Below are positions 57,943-64,000 of a stretch of DNA of 64,000 nt, piece by piece; position 1 is the stretch's first letter, and each line of letters starts with the position of its first letter. The notes under the pieces were generated by a model. The model was given only the letters and a program-made list of their open reading frames with translations. It was not told where the DNA came from and did not search any database. The position numbers and the translations under genes are program-made. This stretch comes from Eubacteriales bacterium (lineage in GTDB: Bacteria; Bacillota; Clostridia; Christensenellales; UBA1750). Where the stretch lies: positions 4,300 to 68,299 of the forward strand of contig JAVBLU010000007.1 of NCBI GenBank assembly GCA_031553225.1. Reading direction: 5' to 3'.

Positions 57943-59004
57943 ATGACACAGCGGGAACTCTTCGCCGCAACGCTCGCGCACCGCTCCACCGGGCGCTTTT
58001 TGTACTACGCCGGGTTCATAGCGGAAACGGAAGCCGCCCTGCGCAAGTACGTAAACATGAAGCCGGAGGAGAGCGTCGCCGAGCGCTTTGGCTGCTTTGT
58101 GCAACAAAATGTAACCTTGAGGGAGCCGGACGGCCATCGCCCGCCCTCGTTCGAGCGGTATTTCGCGGACATGGAGCGCCCCGCTGGCGCGCGCATCAAC
58201 TGGCTGGGCGTACTGGAGATTCCCGGCAGCGTCTTTCACTTTACGCACTACGTAAGCCCCTTGCGCAACTGCGGCAGCGTTGCGGAGATGGCGGATTTCC
58301 CCTTCCCCTCCGCCCAAGGGTACACGGACGGCCACATGGCCGCCGAGGTGGCCGCCTTGCACGACGAGGGCTTGATCGCCCGCACGTGGGTGGGCCACCA
58401 GTATGAAAACGCCTGGCAGGTGCGCGGCTACGAAGAGTTTTTGATGGACATGGCGCTTTGCCCCGAGGTGCCGCACTTTGTGATGGCGCAGATGCAAAAA
58501 CCCGCCCTGGCGCGCGCCGTGGCGGCTGCCCGGGCGGGGTGCGATATGATCTCAACCGGCGACGACGTGGCCAACCAGCGCGCGCTCATGTTCAAACCCG
58601 AGCAGTGGCGCACGTTCATCAAGGCGTACTGGAAACCCGTGTACGACCAGGCGCGCGCCATCAAACCGGACATCGCCATCTGGTACCACTCCGACGGCAA
58701 CATCGCCGCCATCCTGCCCGAGCTGGTGGAGCTTGGGGTGAGCGTTCTCAACCCCGTGCAGCCCGAGTGCCTGGACGTGCACGCCCTGAAGGAGCGGTTT
58801 GGCGCGCAGCTCGTGCTGGACGGGGTGATCGGCACCCAGAGCACCATGCCCTTCGGCTCGCCCGCCCAGGTGAAGGCCGCCGTGCGTCAAGCAAAGCGCG
58901 ATCTGGGCTACGACGGGGCGCTCATCCTCTCCCCCACGCACGTGCTGGAGCCGGACGTGCCCCCGCGCAACATCACGGCCTTCTTTGAAGCTTGCGCCGA
59001 GTGA
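57943..59004 (+). CDS. Uroporphyrinogen decarboxylase-like (URO-D/MtaA superfamily) protein of unknown function
   Basis: TGDDVANQ..LMF.PEQWR, WYHSDGN, LNPVQPE, IGTQSTMPFG.P..V and SPTH; promoter TTGTGA-18-TATAAT at 57889-57918. Confidence 0.88.
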   Translation: MTQRELFAATLAHRSTGRFLYYAGFIAETEAALRKYVNMKPEESVAERFGCFVQQNVTLREPDGHRPPSFERYFADMERPAGARINWLGVLEIPGSVFHFTHYVSPLRNCGSVAEMADFPFPSAQGYTDGHMAAEVAALHDEGLIARTWVGHQYENAWQVRGYEEFLMDMALCPEVPHFVMAQMQKPALARAVAAARAGCDMISTGDDVANQRALMFKPEQWRTFIKAYWKPVYDQARAIKPDIAIWYHSDGNIAAILPELVELGVSVLNPVQPECLDVHALKERFGAQLVLDGVIGTQSTMPFGSPAQVKAAVRQAKRDLGYDGALILSPTHVLEPDVPPRNITAFFEACAE

Positions 59005-59049
59005 TCCCGGCGTGACTTATAACACAAACGATTCGGGAGGCAGGGAGCT

Positions 59050-60045
59050 ATGCTGGACAAGGTACGCATCGGAATCGTAGGCTGCGGAGGCATGAACAAC
59101 GGCCACGCGGACCGGTTGCTGCGCATGGAGGACGTCGAGGTTGTGGCAGTGGCGGACCCCGTGCTGGAGCGCCGGGAGGCCATGGCCAAAAAGATGTCGG
59201 CCAAGCGGCTGTACGTCGACCACAGGGCCCTGTTTGAGGGCGAACGCGACCTGGACGCGCTATTCATCGCCGTGCCGCCCGCCGAGCACAAGGGCATCGA
59301 GGAGGAGGCCGTCGCGCGCAAGTGGGCCATCAAGGTGGAAAAGCCCATGACGCTGGACCCTGTTCAGGCCCGGAACATCGCCGCCGCCATCGACAAGGCG
59401 GGCATCGTGTCGGCCGTCGGCTTCCAGGACCGCTTCCTGCAGACCTCCGACCGCATCAAAGACGCCCTGCCGGGCTTGGACGTGGGCGTTGTGTACGGCA
59501 CGTGGGCGGGCGGCATTCCGGGCGTTGCGTGGTGGCGCACGTACGACACGTGCGGGGGCCAGCTTACCGAGCAGAATATCCACCTGGTGGACCTGCTGCG
59601 CTATTTCTTCGGCGAGGTGCAGGAGGTGTACGCGCGCGAGTTCCACGGCATTGTGGTGCCGGAGCGCGACTGCCCCGGCTACGACAACCAGGACGCCTCC
59701 GTGGCCGTGTTCACCATGAAGAGCGGACTCGTGGCCACGCTGTTCTCGGCCTGCTACCTGATCGGCGGCGCCGTATCCCCCATCAACGGCCTGACGATCC
59801 TTGGCAAGCAGCAGTCCATCGAGTACAGCCTGCGCAAGCATGTGCGCTTCATCACCGGCGAGAAGGAAATCTTGTACCCGAACAAGAACGACCCGCTGTT
59901 TGACTCCAACCGCGCCTTCATCGAGGCCGTAAAGCGCGCCGACCCGACCCGCGTGCGCTCGCCGTACCGCGACGCCCTTAAAACGTTGGAGGCGTGCTTC
60001 GCCGCCAACGAGTCCATGCGGACGAACAGGCCCGTCGTTTTGTAA
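59050..60045 (+). CDS. Gfo/Idh/MocA-family oxidoreductase
   Basis: IGIVGCGG, VAVAD, VEKPM, VGFQDRF and GGQLTEQNIHLVDL. Confidence 0.93.
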   Translation: MLDKVRIGIVGCGGMNNGHADRLLRMEDVEVVAVADPVLERREAMAKKMSAKRLYVDHRALFEGERDLDALFIAVPPAEHKGIEEEAVARKWAIKVEKPMTLDPVQARNIAAAIDKAGIVSAVGFQDRFLQTSDRIKDALPGLDVGVVYGTWAGGIPGVAWWRTYDTCGGQLTEQNIHLVDLLRYFFGEVQEVYAREFHGIVVPERDCPGYDNQDASVAVFTMKSGLVATLFSACYLIGGAVSPINGLTILGKQQSIEYSLRKHVRFITGEKEILYPNKNDPLFDSNRAFIEAVKRADPTRVRSPYRDALKTLEACFAANESMRTNRPVVL

Positions 60046-60057
60046 GGGGGCGGTTGC

Positions 60058-60879
60058 ATGATCAAGCTGTCCGCCTGTATCGAGATGCTGTTCCGCGAGC
60101 TGCCCTTCGAAGAGCGCGTGGCGGCGGCGGCCGAGGCCGGCCTTCAGGCCGTGGAGTTCTGGGGCTGGGACAACAAGGACCTGCCCGCTGTCGCGGGGGC
60201 GCTGGCCGCCGCAAAGCTCCCCCTCGCCGGGCTGTGCATCGGCACCCGCGACGAGGCGAAAAAGAAGCAGTGGGGCGCGCGTGGCCTCTTGGACCGGCGC
60301 AATCATGAGCTGTTCCTGTCCATGATCCAGGAGAGCGCCGCCGCCACGGCCGATCTGCTGAACGTCCGCACCTACATCGTCACCGTGGGTCAAGAGCTGC
60401 CCATACCGCGCTACCTGCAGCACGCTTCCATCGTGGACGGCCTGCGCAGGGCCGCGCCGCTGTGCGAGAAGCTGGGCATTACGCTCGTTGTAGAGCCCCT
60501 CAACCCCATGGTGAACCACCGGGGGTACTACCTCGCCTCCTCCTACGAGGCCTTCGACATTCTGCGCCAGGTGGAATCGCCCGCGGTGAAGCTGCTGTTC
60601 GACATCTACCACCAGCAGATCACCGAAGGGAATCTGATCGACAACCTGACCATGAACGCGCCCTACATCGGCCACATACACGTGGCGGACGTGCCCGGCC
60701 GCAACCAGCCCGGTACGGGTGAAATCGCTTACGACCGCGTGCTTGCCGCCTTAAACGGCGCGGGATACGGCGGGTATGTGGGGCTTGAGTACCTTCCCAA
60801 GGACTGCACGACGGCGCAAAGCCTTGCGCACATCAAGGCCGTGGCCGCGGCCGTGAACGCCGCGGAGGGCGGCGTGTGA
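60058..60879 (+). CDS. Hydroxypyruvate-isomerase-like TIM-barrel (AP_endonuc_2) protein
   Basis: GLQAVEFW, LVVEPLN, LLFDIYHQQ..EG, HIHVADVPGRNQPGTGEI and VGLEY. Confidence 0.92.
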   Translation: MIKLSACIEMLFRELPFEERVAAAAEAGLQAVEFWGWDNKDLPAVAGALAAAKLPLAGLCIGTRDEAKKKQWGARGLLDRRNHELFLSMIQESAAATADLLNVRTYIVTVGQELPIPRYLQHASIVDGLRRAAPLCEKLGITLVVEPLNPMVNHRGYYLASSYEAFDILRQVESPAVKLLFDIYHQQITEGNLIDNLTMNAPYIGHIHVADVPGRNQPGTGEIAYDRVLAALNGAGYGGYVGLEYLPKDCTTAQSLAHIKAVAAAVNAAEGGV

Positions 60880-60958
60880 GGCGGCGGGCAAGCACCCCGC
60901 GGGAAAGCGCCGGACAAAGAGCGCCGGCATGTGAGGTTATCGCAAGGAGGGCTAAACC

Positions 60959-61813
60959 ATGAGCGAGACACTGTTTCCCCGCACAAGCGTAGGCGGCGTG
61001 TCCCTGCCGCGCATGATCATCGGCTCGAACTGGCTGCTGGGCTGGAGCCACACCTCCTCCTCGGCGGACAAGATGATCAACGCCCGCAACCGCAACCGCG
61101 ACGCCATCGCCGATATTGTGAAAACGTTTCTGGACCGTGGCGTGGATGCGTTTATGGGGCCCATGGTGGACAACATGGTCGCCTACGAGGGGATCCGCGA
61201 GGCCGAACAGCGCACGGGCAAAAAGGTGATCGTGGTGGACACGCCCATTCTGGACGTGAGCGACACGCCCGAGGCGCGCAGGGCCACCAATGAGCGCATC
61301 AAGCTCTGCGCCAAGCAGGGTGCCACGTTCTGCTTCCCGCACCACTCCTCCATGGAACAGATGATGAACAAGCACGCGCGCAACATCGGCCGCCTGCCGG
61401 ATTACCTGGCCATGATCCGCGACGCGGGCATGATTCCGGGGCTCTCCGCGCACATGCCCGAAGCCGTGGTGTTCTCCGACGAGATGGGGTACGACGTGGA
61501 GACCTACATCCAGATCTACAACTGCATGGGCTTTTTGATGCAGGTGGAAATCGAGTACATCAACAAGGTGATCTGGGCGGCCAAGAAGCCCGTCATGACC
61601 ATCAAGGCCATGGCCGCCGGGCGCTGCTCGCCCTTCGTGGGCCTCAACTTTTCCTATGCCACCCTGCGCCCGTGCGACATGGTGACCGTGGGGTGCCTCA
61701 CGCCCGAGGAAGCCGTGGAGGACATCGAGATCGGCCTGGCCGCCATCGAGCGCCGCCAGCCCATGATCGACGGGCGTTCCTCCCCCAACAAAACCCCCAT
61801 CATGCAAAAATAG
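60959..61813 (+). CDS. Conserved hypothetical protein, aldo/keto-reductase-like fold suspected
   Basis: SVGGVSLPRMIIG resembles AKR N-termini; PGLSAH and KPVMTIKAMAAGR resemble AKR C-terminal motifs. Confidence 0.55.
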   Translation: MSETLFPRTSVGGVSLPRMIIGSNWLLGWSHTSSSADKMINARNRNRDAIADIVKTFLDRGVDAFMGPMVDNMVAYEGIREAEQRTGKKVIVVDTPILDVSDTPEARRATNERIKLCAKQGATFCFPHHSSMEQMMNKHARNIGRLPDYLAMIRDAGMIPGLSAHMPEAVVFSDEMGYDVETYIQIYNCMGFLMQVEIEYINKVIWAAKKPVMTIKAMAAGRCSPFVGLNFSYATLRPCDMVTVGCLTPEEAVEDIEIGLAAIERRQPMIDGRSSPNKTPIMQK

Positions 61814-62153
61814 CCGGCCAGGCGCGATACGCGCCTCAGCCTGCACCGCCGCAAAGGGCCGCCCCGCTGTAAAGCCGGGCGGCCCTTTAACCGAGGACAG
61901 CCTTCCGCTGCGCGGGGGGGCTTGGTTAGGCCTGGGCCGTGGTCTCTCGGCCCAGCATGTTGTCGCGGAATGGTTGCCTACGGCCGGGAAACGTTCCCCG
62001 CGTGGCGAGACAAAGCGATGATCGCCCGGCAAGGCCGCTGCGGCAGCGCGCCGTACACGCCGCCCCTCATTTTACAGACGTTTGCCCGACTCTCCGGGCG
62101 CTTTACGCAGGCAGGCCGCGGAACGATCCTGTCTTCACTCCGAGGAGGCGGTT

Positions 62154-62786
62154 TCACAAAAACTCCTGCAGCTCCCAGAGGGAGGCGACGGTGAAATCGG
62201 CGATGGGATTTGCGGCCGCGCCGGGGCGAAAGTAGCAGGCGGCGATGCCGGCACGCTTGGCGGCCAGCAGATCGATATCGCGGTCGCCGATCATCACGGC
62301 GTCCTCCCCGCGCATGGCGTGTTTCTCCTTCAGGTACAGGATGGCGTCCGGTTCGGGCTTGCGCGCAAAGCGGTGGAATTGCGGCTCGCCGGTGACAAAG
62401 TCGGTAAAAAAACCGAGGAAACCGTGCGCTTTGAGCATGGCGAGGGAGGACTCGGCGCGGTGCGTGTACAGATAGTTGAAGCGGCCGCTGCGCGCGACGG
62501 CCTCGCAAACGGCGTATGCGCCGGGAAAGGGCAGGCACATGACCGGCTCCAGCTGCGCGCGCAGCTCGGCAAAGCGCTGCGCAACGCTGGGCGGCAAGCC
62601 GTGCTTGGCCTCGTAGTGCTGCGCGGCCAAATCCATGCGCACCTGCATGCGCTGCGCGATCTCCTCCTCCGCCTCATGCACGCCCGCCTCCTGCAGGGCC
62701 AGGCTGTAGGCGCGGGTGATGGCGGGGTATGTGTCCATCAGCGTTCCGTCAAAGTCCCAGAGCACATGCCGGTACAAATCACTCAC
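62154..62786 (-). CDS. HAD-IA family hydrolase
   Basis: WDFDGTLMDTYP, YTHR, RKPEPDAI and MIGDRDIDL.AA. Confidence 0.92.
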   Translation of the reverse strand: MSDLYRHVLWDFDGTLMDTYPAITRAYSLALQEAGVHEAEEEIAQRMQVRMDLAAQHYEAKHGLPPSVAQRFAELRAQLEPVMCLPFPGAYAVCEAVARSGRFNYLYTHRAESSLAMLKAHGFLGFFTDFVTGEPQFHRFARKPEPDAILYLKEKHAMRGEDAVMIGDRDIDLLAAKRAGIAACYFRPGAAANPIADFTVASLWELQEFL

Positions 62787-62945
62787 CTCTCCTCCACTAT
62801 AGCACAGGCGGACGACGCAGAACAGTCACAAACGGACGCCGAAGAAGCGCAGCGCGTCAGTGATGCCGCACCCTGCGAACGGCGTGTTATACGCAAAGGC
62901 CCGGCAGCCTCGGCTGCCGGGCCTTTGCGGCGCTGTACGGGCGGG

Positions 62946-63362
62946 TTACGGCAGAACGATGCTGCCATAGTAGGGATCCTGCGCGTTGTACATGGAGCCC
63001 ACGCCGCGGCTGGAGTCCGGCAGGAGCGGGTTGCCCGTGCCGTCCCAGGCGGAAAGGGCGGCGCTGTAGTTCTCAAGGGCCAGGCTGGCGTCCAGCTGGG
63101 TCATCTGCCCGGCCAGCACGCAGTTATGCAGATACGCCTGTTCCTGGTTGATGAGCGCCTGCTTCACCTGAGGAACCATGCCGCGCTCGGTGGCCAGGTC
63201 GCCCACCGAATAGCCGCCGTCCAGGGCGGTCTGCAGTTCCTCGTCTGTCATGCCGAAGAAGGACGCCATGTTTGAGGTATTGCCCGCGGCAAACGCCACG
63301 CTCGATACGAGCAGCACGGATACGGCCATCGCGAGGGCGACCCAGGTACGAATTCGTTTCAT
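62946..63362 (-). CDS. Small secreted hypothetical protein (YckD/DUF2680-like helical)
   Basis: Signal peptide ending AFA; FFGMTDEELQTALDGG.SV..LA.ERG; RBS GGAAAGGGG. Confidence 0.65.
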   Translation of the reverse strand: MKRIRTWVALAMAVSVLLVSSVAFAAGNTSNMASFFGMTDEELQTALDGGYSVGDLATERGMVPQVKQALINQEQAYLHNCVLAGQMTQLDASLALENYSAALSAWDGTGNPLLPDSSRGVGSMYNAQDPYYGSIVLP

Positions 63363-63503
63363 CTTGCATTCCCCTTTCCTTGCCGGCGATCTTCTCGCCA
63401 CGCGTTCAGGATAGCCCGGGAATGTGAAAGAAACGTGTTCGTTATGTGATGATTTGCCAGTTCTTCCATGTATTTTTTGTTAATAGAGTGTGAACCGCCT
63501 CGT

Positions 63504-64000
63504 TCAGGCGATGCGCACCGCCGTAACGCTGGCCGCCGGAAGGGTGAGCGTGAGCGCGCCGTTTGCGAAGGCGGCCGCGAGCGGCGCGGGCGCTACGGCG
63601 TCCGGCTCCTCGAAGGTGTTGCATGTGTCCGGCGCTCCCGCGCACAGCGTTTCCGCCTTGGCGGTTCCGGCAACGCCGGGCAGGGCGATGGTGAGCGGGA
63701 GGGCCTCGCTGAAGGAGGCGTTGCACAGCGTGAGCGTAAGCGACCCGTCCCCCGAAAGGGACGCGGCGGCGGAGAGCTGGGGCACGCCGTTTGTGACGAC
63801 GTTCCGGGGGATGTGCACGGGCAGATACGCAGCGTCCATGTGCGGGGCGAGCATGCGGAAAACGTGGTAGGTTGGCGTCTTTATCATGCGCGGCCCGTCG
63901 GTGAGCAGCACGGCCTGCAGCACGTTGATGGTTTGGGCGATGTTCGCCATGCGCACGCGGGCGTGGTGCCGGGCAAAGATGTGCAGCGTAAGGCCGGCCA
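63504..64000 (-). CDS. GH51 alpha-L-arabinofuranosidase, C-terminal part (5'-partial)
   Basis: RMANIAQTINVLQA, TPTYHVFRM, NTFEEP..V.P and LPAASV. Confidence 0.9.
   Translation of the reverse strand, partial: AGLTLHIFARHHARVRMANIAQTINVLQAVLLTDGPRMIKTPTYHVFRMLAPHMDAAYLPVHIPRNVVTNGVPQLSAAASLSGDGSLTLTLCNASFSEALPLTIALPGVAGTAKAETLCAGAPDTCNTFEEPDAVAPAPLAAAFANGALTLTLPAASVTAVRIA

Noticed and set aside
61813-62154. 340-nt intergenic gap as an ncRNA or small gene
   Set aside because: It contains only a terminator hairpin; no promoter, RBS-linked ORF or recognisable remnant was found.

Overview
High-GC (judged by eye) chromosomal window from a Clostridia-like, probably spore-forming anaerobe; the Christensenellales-like placement is an inference from gene content. 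It holds about 53 protein genes and one tRNA-Val(CAC), with no integrase, transposase or CRISPR array. Housekeeping genes: dnaE, hfq, rlmH, ilvE, gap, fba, smpB, a Re-citrate synthase and an aspartate-type aminotransferase. Stress and transport genes: an ArsR-CadA metal module with visible promoter and operator, desulfoferrodoxin plus ferritin, two ABC systems, and an NCS2 permease with a PRTase. Carbohydrate genes: a 2722-aa cyclic beta-1,2-glucan synthase-like protein, a PTS-IIC/EAL fusion, a URO-D/Gfo-Idh-MocA/Hyi-like operon and a partial GH51. Most unusual items: (1) a DUF2089 regulator followed by a 702-aa protein built from two duplicated Gly-x-[VILM]-x repeat domains (putative beta-solenoids) and a (PPV)8 linker; (2) an unannotated 46-aa leader peptide with terminator/antiterminator pairing ahead of a three-gene ABC exporter; (3) DnaE carrying a C-terminal topoisomerase-type four-Cys zinc ribbon, downstream of an XRE regulator with a degenerate S24 domain; (4) a sigmaK-type promoter driving a Cys-rich, signal-less pilin-domain protein; (5) a ~190-nt candidate sRNA with two anti-Shine-Dalgarno motifs. 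Two pseudogenes (VOC/PhnB-like and NUDIX) are hidden in the sequence. All family calls come from motif recognition by eye; no database searches were run.
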